From: a virus
Lineage: Duplodnaviria; Caudoviricetes
Reading direction: 5' to 3' (one strand)
Virus record (IMG/VR): IMGVR_UViG_2846856033_000001
Coordinates: 22,286-86,285 of that record
Length of the DNA stretch: 64,000 nt
Under the pieces are notes generated by a model that made no database searches, was not told where the DNA came from, and saw nothing but the letters and a program-made list of their open reading frames with translations. This document shows positions 28,258 through 37,607 of the stretch, piece after piece. Positions within the stretch are counted from its first letter, which is position 1; each line of letters starts with the position of its first letter. The position numbers and the translations under genes are program-made.

Positions 28258-30572
28258 AAATATCCTACGGCGACAGCCGCCTGTCGAAGCGGTGGGTCAA
28301 CAAAAAAACTACATTTGAGGAATTGTGCGAGCGGTTCAAGCTGACCCGACGTACCACAGAGACGGTCACTGAATATCAAAAATTCACCAAAGACCGCCGC
28401 GATGCCGCAAAGGACGTTGGCGGCTACGTCCTCGGCCACCTCAAGAGCGGCAGGCGCAAGAAGGATACGGTAGAAAGCCGTTCGGGGATAACGCTTGATG
28501 CCGATCACGCTGGTAACGGCTTCATCGACACCGTAGAGATGCTGTTTCCTCATAAGTGCGCGGTCTACTCCACCCACAGTCATACTCCGGAATCCCCGCG
28601 GCTCCGCGTGGTCATCCCGCTCTCCCGTGACGTTACACCGGACGAATATGCAGCGCTCTCCCGCCTGGTCGCCGACGAAATCGGTATGGACTTTTTTGAC
28701 GATTCTACCTACGAGCCGGAACGCCTGATGTACTGGCCGTCCACCCCGTCCGGCGGAGAATATGTATTTAAGGTTATTGACGGCGACGAGCTCGACCCCG
28801 ACGAATACCTTGCAAAGTTGTCCGACTGGCGAGACTGCTCGCTCTGGCCGACATCGAGTCGCCAGTCCGAGGTGATACAGCACAGCATCCGGCAGCAGCA
28901 AGACCCTCTTGCCAAAGATGGCGTGGTTGGGACGTTCTGCCGGGCTTATGGCATAGAGGACGCAATCGCAACATTCTTACCCGACATCTACGAGCCTGCG
29001 GCGATGCCCGGACGCTACGACTATATCCCGGCCGACAGTTCATCGGGTGTGGTTCTCTACGAAGGCAAATGGGCGTACTCCCACCACGCAACCGACCCCG
29101 CCTGTGGCAAGCTGCTCAATGCCTTTGACCTCGTCCGCATCCATAAATTCAACGACCTTGACGACAAGGTAAGCTTCAAGGCAATGAGCGGGTTTGCCCT
29201 GAAAGACGAAAGGGTCAACACCCTGATTGCCGAGGAGCGCATCACCGCCGTCGAGACGGAATTTGCCGAAGGCGACGACTGGATGTCACGGCTCCAAAGG
29301 GAAAAAAGCGGTATTCTTTGCAACACGCTCGGAAACCTTCTCCTTATCCTAAACAACGATGACGCCATCGGCGGCATCCGCTACAACAAACTCGCCAATC
29401 AAATATACGGCGAGAACCTACCGTGGGAGCGACCTCACCCGTCTTGGCGCGACGCCGATACCGCCCAGTTGGTGGCGTATGTTGACAAACGTTACGGCAC
29501 ATTTTCGGCTCGCAACTATGAACTGGCGCTCACCAAAGTCGCAGACGACCGCGCCTACCATCCGATACGTGAGTATCTGAACAGCCTGCCAACCTGGGAC
29601 AGGATTCACCGAATGGACACCCTGCTCATTGATTACCTTGGCGCGGAGGATACGCCCTACACCAGAGCTGTTACCAGAAAGACGCTCGTTGCGGCGGTTG
29701 CCCGAATCCTGAACCCCGGCGCGAAACACGATTCCATCCTTGTGCTGAACGGCAAACAGGGCGTCGGGAAGTCCACGCTCTTTTCAAGGCTCGGCCGGCA
29801 ATGGTACTCCGACAGCCTCTCCATATCGGATATGAAGGACAAGACCGCTCCGGAAAAGCTGCAGGGCTACTGGATACTCGAGCTCGGGGAACTCGCGGGC
29901 ATCAAAAAGATGGACGTGGAGACGGTGAAGTCGTTCATCACCCGAACCGACGACAAGTACCGCCCCTCCTATGGCCGATCGGTGGAAAGCCACCCGCGCC
30001 AATGCGTCATCGTCGGTACGACCAACTCGGATGGCGGATTCCTGCGCGACATCACGGGCAACCGCCGCTTCTGGCCTGTTCGCGTTTCCGGCGAGGGCAA
30101 ATACCGCGCCTGGGAACTCACGGATATTGACCAGATTTGGGCGGAAGCCCTTGTTAAGTACACCGAGGGCGAGGAATTGTTCCTCAAAGGAGATATCGCG
30201 TTAGCGGCTTTTGCCGAACAGCGCGACGCTATGGAGAATGACGACCGCGAGGGTTTAGTGGCTGAGTACCTCGAAACCCTACTCCCTGATAACTGGGATA
30301 CGATGGACATCTACCGCAGGCTCGAATACATCCGCTCGACCGACGACCCCACGAGGACGAAAGGCACGGTGCGGCGTTCTCAGGTCTGCGTGATAGAGAT
30401 TTGGTGCGAGTGCTTTGGAAAGTCCCGTGAGTCCATCAAGAAAGCCGACTCCTACGAGATTGAGGGCATCCTTAACCGGATCGGCGGCTGGGCGAAGTAC
30501 GAGGGCAACAAGACCGGCAAAAAGGCTGTCCCGATGTACGGCGTACAGCGTGTGTTCGTGAGGTCAGAATGA
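28245..30572 (+). CDS. Primase-helicase, VapE (virulence-associated E) family
   Basis: TLDAD, YSTHSH...PRLR primase part; GKQGVGKST, GTTN, DITGNRRFWP. Confidence 0.9.
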   Translation: MRDLKISYGDSRLSKRWVNKKTTFEELCERFKLTRRTTETVTEYQKFTKDRRDAAKDVGGYVLGHLKSGRRKKDTVESRSGITLDADHAGNGFIDTVEMLFPHKCAVYSTHSHTPESPRLRVVIPLSRDVTPDEYAALSRLVADEIGMDFFDDSTYEPERLMYWPSTPSGGEYVFKVIDGDELDPDEYLAKLSDWRDCSLWPTSSRQSEVIQHSIRQQQDPLAKDGVVGTFCRAYGIEDAIATFLPDIYEPAAMPGRYDYIPADSSSGVVLYEGKWAYSHHATDPACGKLLNAFDLVRIHKFNDLDDKVSFKAMSGFALKDERVNTLIAEERITAVETEFAEGDDWMSRLQREKSGILCNTLGNLLLILNNDDAIGGIRYNKLANQIYGENLPWERPHPSWRDADTAQLVAYVDKRYGTFSARNYELALTKVADDRAYHPIREYLNSLPTWDRIHRMDTLLIDYLGAEDTPYTRAVTRKTLVAAVARILNPGAKHDSILVLNGKQGVGKSTLFSRLGRQWYSDSLSISDMKDKTAPEKLQGYWILELGELAGIKKMDVETVKSFITRTDDKYRPSYGRSVESHPRQCVIVGTTNSDGGFLRDITGNRRFWPVRVSGEGKYRAWELTDIDQIWAEALVKYTEGEELFLKGDIALAAFAEQRDAMENDDREGLVAEYLETLLPDNWDTMDIYRRLEYIRSTDDPTRTKGTVRRSQVCVIEIWCECFGKSRESIKKADSYEIEGILNRIGGWAKYEGNKTGKKAVPMYGVQRVFVRSE

Positions 30573-30582
30573 TTACGGCGCG

Positions 30583-30785
30583 ATTGCCCATGATTGCCTG
30601 TCGGGGCTTCGGCAACCGTTATCGGCAAAGTCGCAAGCCCCGAATAAACCAACATTCTTACATAGCCATTGCCCATATTGCCGATGTTCTCCCTACTAAA
30701 TCGTATTTAAGTAGTAATAAGGGCAATTGGCATACGCAATACACACGCGAGGGATTTATAGGCAGAATCGGCAAGTTGGGCAATG
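30583..30785. repeat. TTGCC/GGCAA iteron-like cluster, probable phage origin
   Basis: About nine copies in both orientations around an AT-rich core, directly after the primase-helicase gene. Confidence 0.6.
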
Positions 30786-30803
30786 TGAAAAGCGGAGGTG
30801 CTT

Positions 30804-31085
30804 ATGCGAGAAAAAACATTGGAGCGCAAGCTCACGGAGGCTGTAAAGGCGATGGGAGGTATCGCGCCCAAGTTCGTAAGCCCCGGATTCGACGGAATGC
30901 CCGATCGCCTTGTGCTTCTCCCCGACGGAAAGTGCGCTTTTGTGGAAGTGAAGCGGCGTGGCGAGAAATCGCGACCTTTGCAGGAAGCAAGGCATGGGAT
31001 GTTACGGCGATTGGGATTCGAAGTCTATGTCTTGGACGATTATCAGCAGATCGGAGGGATGCTTTGTGAAATATCAACCGCATAA
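30804..31085 (+). CDS. VRR-NUC nuclease
   Basis: MREKTLE, GMPDRLV, FVEVK...PLQ. Confidence 0.9.
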   Translation: MREKTLERKLTEAVKAMGGIAPKFVSPGFDGMPDRLVLLPDGKCAFVEVKRRGEKSRPLQEARHGMLRRLGFEVYVLDDYQQIGGMLCEISTA

Positions 31086-32424
31086 CTATCAACAGTATGC
31101 CACGGCGTTCATCGAAGCGAATCCCATTTCTTGCCTTCTCCTCGACATGGGGCTTGGCAAAACGGCGATTACGCTGACCGCCCTAAACGATCTGCTGTTT
31201 GACAGCTTCGAAGCCCATAAGGTTCTGGTCATCGCACCTTTGCGGGTCGCCCGCAACACTTGGCCGGAGGAACTGGGAAAATGGGAACACTTCTCCGATC
31301 TGCTGTTTTCCGTGGCGGTCGGTACGGAAGCGGAGCGCAAGGCGGCACTTTGGAAAAGAGCCGATATTTATATCATCAACCGCGAGAACATACAATGGTT
31401 GATTGAGGAAAGTGGTCTTCCGTTCGACTTCGATACAGTGGTGGTCGATGAGTTATCCAGTTTCAAGTCCCATCAGTCAAAGCGGTTCCGGTCGCTGATG
31501 AAAGCCCGCCCGAAGGTGAAGCGTATCGTAGGGCTGACGGGAACACCAAGCAGCAATGGCTTGATGGACTTGTGGGCGGAGTTCCGGCTTCTGGATATGG
31601 GTCAGCGGCTCGGACGGTTCATCGGGCAGTACCGCACCGACTACTTTGCCCCCGATAAGCGCAACGGTCAAGTCGTCTTCAGCTACAAGCCCCTGCCAGA
31701 CGCCGAAAAGCGGATATACGCCAGAATCGCCGACATCACTATCAGTATGAAGTCCACCGACCACCTGAAAATGCCGGAACTGGTGACCGCCGAATACCCA
31801 GTGCGGATGTCGGGGCCGGAACAGGAACGGTACGACGAAATGAAGCAGGATTTGGTATTGCAGCTTACCGAAGGCGAAGTTACCGCCGCCAACGCCGCAG
31901 CTTTGTCAAACAAACTCTGCCAGATGGCGAACGGAGCAGTCTATGGCGACGACGGAGAAGTCCACCACATCCACGACCGCAAGTTGGAAGCGCTGGAGGA
32001 TTTAATCGAGGCCGCCAACGGGAAGCCCGTTTTGATCGCTTATTGGTTCAATCACGACTTGGAGAGGATTACCGCAAGGTTGAAAACGCGACACATCCCG
32101 TTCTCCAAGATGGACTTGAGTGATAGTATCACCCGTTGGAATCGCGGTGAGTTGCCCGTCGCCCTCATCCACCCCGCTTCGGCGGGACACGGGTTGAACC
32201 TGCAGTCGGGCGGCAACACGATTATATGGTTCGGGCAGACGTGGAGTCTGGAACTCTACCAGCAGACCAACGCAAGACTCTGGCGGCAGGGCCAGCAATC
32301 TGAAACCGTGGTTATCCACCACATCGTCGCAAAAGGAACAATTGATGAGCGTGTCCTCTCCGCCCTCTCCGAAAAAGACAGGTCGCAGACCGCCCTTATC
32401 GACGCGGTGAAAGCAAATCTATGA
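31066..32424 (+). CDS. SNF2-family helicase
   Basis: DMGLGKT, VDELS, LTGTP, GHGLNLQ, QTNARLWRQGQ; GTG start after GGAGGG. Confidence 0.92.
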   Translation: MKYQPHNYQQYATAFIEANPISCLLLDMGLGKTAITLTALNDLLFDSFEAHKVLVIAPLRVARNTWPEELGKWEHFSDLLFSVAVGTEAERKAALWKRADIYIINRENIQWLIEESGLPFDFDTVVVDELSSFKSHQSKRFRSLMKARPKVKRIVGLTGTPSSNGLMDLWAEFRLLDMGQRLGRFIGQYRTDYFAPDKRNGQVVFSYKPLPDAEKRIYARIADITISMKSTDHLKMPELVTAEYPVRMSGPEQERYDEMKQDLVLQLTEGEVTAANAAALSNKLCQMANGAVYGDDGEVHHIHDRKLEALEDLIEAANGKPVLIAYWFNHDLERITARLKTRHIPFSKMDLSDSITRWNRGELPVALIHPASAGHGLNLQSGGNTIIWFGQTWSLELYQQTNARLWRQGQQSETVVIHHIVAKGTIDERVLSALSEKDRSQTALIDAVKANL

Positions 32425-32497
32425 AAATCTGAGACAACTAAACGACAATCCGTGCCAATCCGAGTGAATTCCAACTTTTCTTTAAGGAGGTGCGGTT

Positions 32498-32959
32498 ATG
32501 CAGATAGCTTGGAAATATTTGAACAAACGGGTTGCCTCTTTGGAGGCTCTCAAGGACTACGGCAGCATGCAATTCATTCTGGAACACACCGACGACGACA
32601 TTCGGGCGGAGCATGAAAAGATGCAGAGCGTCCGAATCCCCAGTTTTGATGGAATGCCCCACGTCCACAATCCGCAGGCCGGTGAGCAGCGCATCATAAA
32701 CGGCATCGAGGAAATCGACGTTCTGAAGGAACGCTATCGGCAGGCGATGGAGTATATGGCGTGGTTCCAACCGGCATGGGACGACCTGACCGAGGAAGAG
32801 CAGTTTGTGCTACGGGAATTCTACATGTGCGACGAGGCCCAGCAGATCGACGCGGTTTACAACATCTGCGACCATTTCCACATCGAGCGGTCTTCTGCAT
32901 ACAACAAGAAGAACCGCGCACTTTACCATCTGCAAGTGCTACTGTTTGGAAAATCTTAA
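32498..32959 (+). CDS. ArpU/RinA-like late transcriptional regulator
   Basis: Last gene of the replication module; C-terminal HTH FHIERSSAYNKKNRAL. Confidence 0.7.
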   Translation: MQIAWKYLNKRVASLEALKDYGSMQFILEHTDDDIRAEHEKMQSVRIPSFDGMPHVHNPQAGEQRIINGIEEIDVLKERYRQAMEYMAWFQPAWDDLTEEEQFVLREFYMCDEAQQIDAVYNICDHFHIERSSAYNKKNRALYHLQVLLFGKS

Positions 32960-32963
32960 AATG

Positions 32964-32997
32964 AGGCCACGAAGCATTAATATACTTCGTGGCCTTT
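32964..32997. terminator. Hairpin between convergent genes
   Basis: AGGCCACGAAG / CTTCGTGGCCT, 11-bp arms. Confidence 0.7.
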
Positions 32998-32999
32998 GT

Positions 33000-33554
33000 C
33001 TATATGGAGATAATTTCGTCTTCTGGCGGCATCGGAATTGAATAGTTGTGGATTGAAGAACGACGCGGCTTAAAGTACTGCCACAAAACTTTTGAAATAG
33101 CTCGTTCTAAATCAAGATAAAAATGAATCGAAGTCTCTTTTGGCAGTGCTTCTAAATCTGCGATAGTAATTTCATTTTTAATCAGGAGACTTTTTATGTA
33201 CTGCATCTCTTCGAGCTTTCGCTTTTCTTGAAGAATATATGGGAAGTCTTCAACATGAAACTGGGATCTTATTTCGGCAGCTTCTGCTTCATCCTTCGCC
33301 CATCTGGTAGCACTTTTGTCATACTCACCACTTAAGAAAAGTGGATCGACATCAAGATATTTTCCGAGACGGTCAAGAATTTCAGGATTAATTCTACCAT
33401 CCTTCTTTGCGCGGCGGATAGTGCGGTCAGATGCATTTACCGTAGGATCAATGTTCATTTTCCGAAGGCTGATCTTACGGTATGCGACTGCTTCTTGAAA
33501 TCGGACAACGCTAAAATCAAGGGTATCCATTGTGGGTCTTCCTCTTTTTCTCAC
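33000..33554 (-). CDS. XRE-like HTH protein (moron)
   Basis: SDRTIRRAKKDG...ILDRLGKYLDVDPLFLSG; AGGAGG RBS before GTG. Confidence 0.7.
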   Translation of the reverse strand: MRKRGRPTMDTLDFSVVRFQEAVAYRKISLRKMNIDPTVNASDRTIRRAKKDGRINPEILDRLGKYLDVDPLFLSGEYDKSATRWAKDEAEAAEIRSQFHVEDFPYILQEKRKLEEMQYIKSLLIKNEITIADLEALPKETSIHFYLDLERAISKVLWQYFKPRRSSIHNYSIPMPPEDEIISI

Positions 33555-33709
33555 TCTGGCCCTCCTATAAATGCGGACATTAAATCATTTACTGGCAACA
33601 ACAAGAAGTTTGTAATTTGTTGAATATTTTGAGTTATCCTGTTATTATAATCATACAGCAGAAAGCTAAAAAACGCAATAACGCGGACATAAAATAGGAG
33701 GATGTTGTA

Positions 33710-34009
33710 ATGAGCGAGTTCGGTGATACAGCAGGTGTAAACGTAATGGGAGTGGTGGCAACGGTGCTTAACAGCAAACATGCGCCATTGTATGTAACAG
33801 TCATTGGTATAGTAGGCGCTTTCATAGCTTATGAATACTTCGAAACAGTCAGCAAGGGCATGAATCTCGGATATGATTCTAACGCAACATTTGCTATCGA
33901 TTGCGGGCTGCAATTTACTAAGCAGTCCCGTGTTAATGAGATCGGTGCATCTGAAACTCCAGAGGAAACCAATGACCAAAAGCCAGCCGATACAAATCAA
34001 ACTGAATGA
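33710..34009 (+). CDS. Small membrane protein (moron)
   Basis: AGGAGG RBS; hydrophobic LYVTVIGIVGAFIAY. Confidence 0.6.
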   Translation: MSEFGDTAGVNVMGVVATVLNSKHAPLYVTVIGIVGAFIAYEYFETVSKGMNLGYDSNATFAIDCGLQFTKQSRVNEIGASETPEETNDQKPADTNQTE

Positions 34010-34137
34010 GTAATATAATGGACGACTTTCACGGTTGACCGGTATATACTGGTAGCATATAAAGCTGTAAAACGACGAAGCCTTCACGGGGCCAAACCCG
34101 CGAGGGCTTTTGCTTTGCCCTGAACGAAGGTGAACCC

Positions 34138-34500
34138 ATGCCATACAAGCCAAAGCGTCCATGCGCTTACCCCGGTTGCGGTCGGCTTGCTGTACGCGAG
34201 CAATACTGTGCCGAGCATCAAAAGGTTATGGACAAACAGTACAACCAGTACGAACGTGATCCCGCATCCAACAAACGCTACGGCAGAAGCTGGAAACGCA
34301 TCCGTGACCGCTACATCAAAGCACACCCTCTATGCGAGGAGTGCCGGAAGCAAGGCAAGCTGACGCCAGCTGAGGAGGTACACCACATCCTCCCGCTCTC
34401 ACGTGGCGGCGGCAACGAAGCCAGCAACCTCATGGCTCTATGCAAACCGTGCCACGCCCGCATCACAGTCGAGATGGGTGACCGCTGGCACGACAAATGA
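34138..34500 (+). CDS. HNH endonuclease, terminase-associated
   Basis: HPLCEEC, EVHHI, NLMALCKPCH. Confidence 0.93.
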   Translation: MPYKPKRPCAYPGCGRLAVREQYCAEHQKVMDKQYNQYERDPASNKRYGRSWKRIRDRYIKAHPLCEECRKQGKLTPAEEVHHILPLSRGGGNEASNLMALCKPCHARITVEMGDRWHDK

Positions 34501-34512
34501 GGTTTGTATCAC

Positions 34513-34559
34513 ATTTTGATACCCCCACTTGGTCTGTGCCCAAGTGGGGGTATCAAAAT
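34513..34559. repeat. Perfect 20-bp inverted repeat at the expected cos position
   Basis: ATTTTGATACCCCCACTTGG-tctgtgc-CCAAGTGGGGGTATCAAAAT between HNH and small terminase. Confidence 0.8.
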
Positions 34560-34653
34560 CTCTAAAACTAAAATTCTCGGACAGCGGCGTGGGGCTTCGT
34601 GTTGAAAAACGCGGTTTCAAACGGTGGAATAGCCCCGGCACAAAAGGAGTGTA

Positions 34654-35211
34654 ATGAAAATGGCGAAAGACGGCACCTGCAGAGGCGGCGCTCGTGTTGG
34701 TGCGGGCGCAAAAAAGAAGCCGCTCGCCGATAAGATTACAGCCGGAAACCCCGGTGGCAGAAAACTGACAGTGATGGAGTTTTCCGACACAGCCGACCTT
34801 CAAGGTCAGGCAATGCCGGAGCCAAACAAAATGCTTGAAGCCGTACAAAAGGATGGCAAGACACTCGTGGCAGCTGATATCTATAAAAACACATGGCAGT
34901 GGCTGAACCAGCGCGGCTGTGCAGCACTCATCTCTCCACAGCTTTTAGAGCGTTATGCCATGAGCGTGGCTCGGTGGATTCAGTGCGAGGAGTGCATCTC
35001 CGAGTACGGTTTTCTGGCGAAGCACCCCACCACGGGCAATGCGATACAGAGTCCGTATGTGGCGATGAGCCAGAATTTCATGACGCAGACCAACCGCCTA
35101 TGGTATGAGATTTTCCAAATTGTGAAAGACAACTGCACCGGCGAATACAGCGGAGCCAATCCGCAGGACGATGTGATGGAGCGGCTTTTGACTGCTCGGA
35201 AAGGGAAATAA
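34654..35211 (+). CDS. Terminase small subunit (P27 family)
   Basis: RGGARVGAG, GNPGGR, QSPYV; position after HNH. Confidence 0.85.
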   Translation: MKMAKDGTCRGGARVGAGAKKKPLADKITAGNPGGRKLTVMEFSDTADLQGQAMPEPNKMLEAVQKDGKTLVAADIYKNTWQWLNQRGCAALISPQLLERYAMSVARWIQCEECISEYGFLAKHPTTGNAIQSPYVAMSQNFMTQTNRLWYEIFQIVKDNCTGEYSGANPQDDVMERLLTARKGK

Positions 35212-35212
35212 T

Positions 35213-36391
35213 ATGACTACTTACAAAACAGCAGAAAGCGTATGCGCCGGACACCCGGATAAGCTGTGCGACATCATTGCCGACAGCATTCTTGACGCCT
35301 GTCTGCGCAAAGACAAATCATCCCGTGTTGCCTGTGAGGTCATGGCAACCAAGGGCAAAATTATCGTTGCGGGCGAGATCACCTGCGACGGCAAAGTCGA
35401 CATCCGCTGGGAGGTGCGTGAAGTCCTCCGCAAGGTCGGATACAATCCGTGGAAGTTCACAGTTTTCGTGTTCGTCCATAAACAGAGCAGGGATATCGAT
35501 GCCGGAGTGACTACTGCCCTCGAAGCCCGAAACGGCAGTGAGGAACGCTATGCCTCCATCGGTGCGGGCGACCAAGGCACCGTCTACGGTTACGCCACAA
35601 ACGAAACCCGCGAGATGCTTCCACTCCCGCTGGTACTGGCGCATCGCATCGTGAAGCGCCTTGACACCGTCCGCAAGGACAAAATTGTGAAAGGCATTTT
35701 GCCGGACGGCAAAGCGCAGGTCACGGTCGAATATGAGGACGGAAAGCCCAAGCATGTGAAAACGATTGTGGTCTCCGTTCAGTACGACAAGAATAAAACG
35801 CAGGTGCAGCTTTACTCCGACATTAAGCAAAATGTTCTGTGGCAGTGCTTTGAGGACTTTCCCTTTGACGATGAAACAGAAATCCTCATCAATCCCTCCG
35901 GCAGATTTGTCGAGGGCGGACCCGCCGCCGATACAGGCTTGACGGGCAGAAAGATGATGGTGGACACCTACGGGGGGCTTGCTCTTCATGGCGGAGGTGC
36001 GTTTTCCGGCAAAGACCCCACCAAGGTCGACCGCAGCGGCGCTTACATGGCGCGGTACATCGCAAAAAATATCGTATGGAGCGACTTGGCTGAAAGATGC
36101 GAGGTCGCTCTTTCTTATGCCATTGGCAAAGCTGACCCCGTGGCGGTTAATATTAACGCCTTCGGCACGAGTGCGCTGACCGATGAGCAGCTACGAGAGA
36201 TTGTGCTGTCTGTGTTCAACCTGCGCCCGGCGGCAATCATTGAAAAACTGCGTTTGCGCAATGCGATATACGAGGACACGTCGGTATACGGACATTTCAA
36301 TTCCTGTCTCTTCCCGTGGGAGGATTACGATAGGTACAAAGAAATCAGAAAGGCGGCGGAGAAATATGCTGATAGAAAAGATTCAGACTGA
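35213..36391 (+). CDS. metK: S-adenosylmethionine synthetase
   Basis: ESVCAGHPDK, GAGDQG, PDGKAQV, GGGAFSGKD, KVDRSGAY. Confidence 0.96.
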   Translation: MTTYKTAESVCAGHPDKLCDIIADSILDACLRKDKSSRVACEVMATKGKIIVAGEITCDGKVDIRWEVREVLRKVGYNPWKFTVFVFVHKQSRDIDAGVTTALEARNGSEERYASIGAGDQGTVYGYATNETREMLPLPLVLAHRIVKRLDTVRKDKIVKGILPDGKAQVTVEYEDGKPKHVKTIVVSVQYDKNKTQVQLYSDIKQNVLWQCFEDFPFDDETEILINPSGRFVEGGPAADTGLTGRKMMVDTYGGLALHGGGAFSGKDPTKVDRSGAYMARYIAKNIVWSDLAERCEVALSYAIGKADPVAVNINAFGTSALTDEQLREIVLSVFNLRPAAIIEKLRLRNAIYEDTSVYGHFNSCLFPWEDYDRYKEIRKAAEKYADRKDSD

Positions 36392-37607
36392 TCGGCTCAT
36401 CCCCGCCGATTACAATCCCCGCAAAGACCTCAAGCCAGGAGACCCGGAATATGAAAAGCTGAAACGCTCGCTTGAGGAGTTCGGTTATGTTGAACCCGTT
36501 ATATGGAATAAGATCACCTCTCATGTCGTCGGCGGTCACCAGCGTCTGAAGGTGCTGCTCGACATGGGCATCACCGAGGTCGAGTGCGTGGTGGTCGAGA
36601 TGGATGCCGAAAAGGAAAAGGCACTCAATGTTGCGCTCAATAAAATAAGCGGCGATTGGGATAAGGATAAGCTGGCTCTGCTCATCGCGGATTTGCAAGG
36701 CGCGGACTTTGATGTTTCGTTCACAGGCTTCGACCCCGGAGAGATTGACGATCTTTTTAAGGATAGCTTGAAAGACGGTATCAAAGATGACGATTTTGAT
36801 GTGGACGCGGAACTGCAAAATCCAGCCGTCACCAAGCCCGGCGACGTGTGGCTGCTCGGTCGGCATCGGCTTGTCTGCGGCGATTCAACCAAAGCCGACA
36901 CCTTTACCGCTCTGATGGATGGGAAGCTGGCAAATCTGGTTGTGACCGACCCTCCGTACAATGTCAACTATGAAGGAACGGCGGGCAAAATCAAAAACGA
37001 CAATATGGAAAGCGGAGCGTTCTATGACTTCCTGCTGGCGGCGTTTACGAACACCGAAGCGGCGATGGCGCAGGACGCTTCCATTTATGTGTTCCATGCC
37101 GACACCGAAGGTCTGAACTTCCGCAAAGCGTTCTCGGACGCGGGCTTTCAGCTTTCCGGGTGCTGCATCTGGAAAAAGCCGTCGCTGGTGCTGGGACGTT
37201 CACCCTATCAGTGGCAGCACGAGCCTGTGCTGTTCGGCTGGAAGAAAAAGGGCAAGCACAACTGGTACGCAGACCGCAAGCAGACGACCATCTGGGAATT
37301 TGAGAAGCCGAAGAAAAATGCCGACCACCCCACCATGAAGCCGATTGCGCTCCTGGCATATCCCATTATGAACAGCAGTCTCACAAACTGCATCGTGCTC
37401 GACCCCTTCGGCGGCTCCGGCAGTACGCTGATTGCCTGCGAGCAGTCGGACAGAATCTGCTTCACCATCGAACTGGATGAAAAATACTGTGATGTTATTG
37501 TAAAGCGATATATTGAGCAGGCCGACGGTGCTGACGGTGTGTCCGTACTACGCGACGGGTTAACTTATAAATATGACGAGTTGCTGAAGGTGAAGCCGGA
37601 TGAGTAA
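36366..37607 (+). CDS. ParB-like N-domain plus N6-A/N4-C DNA methyltransferase
   Basis: YNPR, GGHQR; TDPPYN, HPTMKP, DPFGGSG. Confidence 0.92.
   Translation: MLIEKIQTDRLIPADYNPRKDLKPGDPEYEKLKRSLEEFGYVEPVIWNKITSHVVGGHQRLKVLLDMGITEVECVVVEMDAEKEKALNVALNKISGDWDKDKLALLIADLQGADFDVSFTGFDPGEIDDLFKDSLKDGIKDDDFDVDAELQNPAVTKPGDVWLLGRHRLVCGDSTKADTFTALMDGKLANLVVTDPPYNVNYEGTAGKIKNDNMESGAFYDFLLAAFTNTEAAMAQDASIYVFHADTEGLNFRKAFSDAGFQLSGCCIWKKPSLVLGRSPYQWQHEPVLFGWKKKGKHNWYADRKQTTIWEFEKPKKNADHPTMKPIALLAYPIMNSSLTNCIVLDPFGGSGSTLIACEQSDRICFTIELDEKYCDVIVKRYIEQADGADGVSVLRDGLTYKYDELLKVKPDE

Noticed and set aside
30569-31069. 166-aa ORF after VapE
   Set aside because: It crosses the iteron region and overlaps the VRR-NUC gene out of frame; no motif support.
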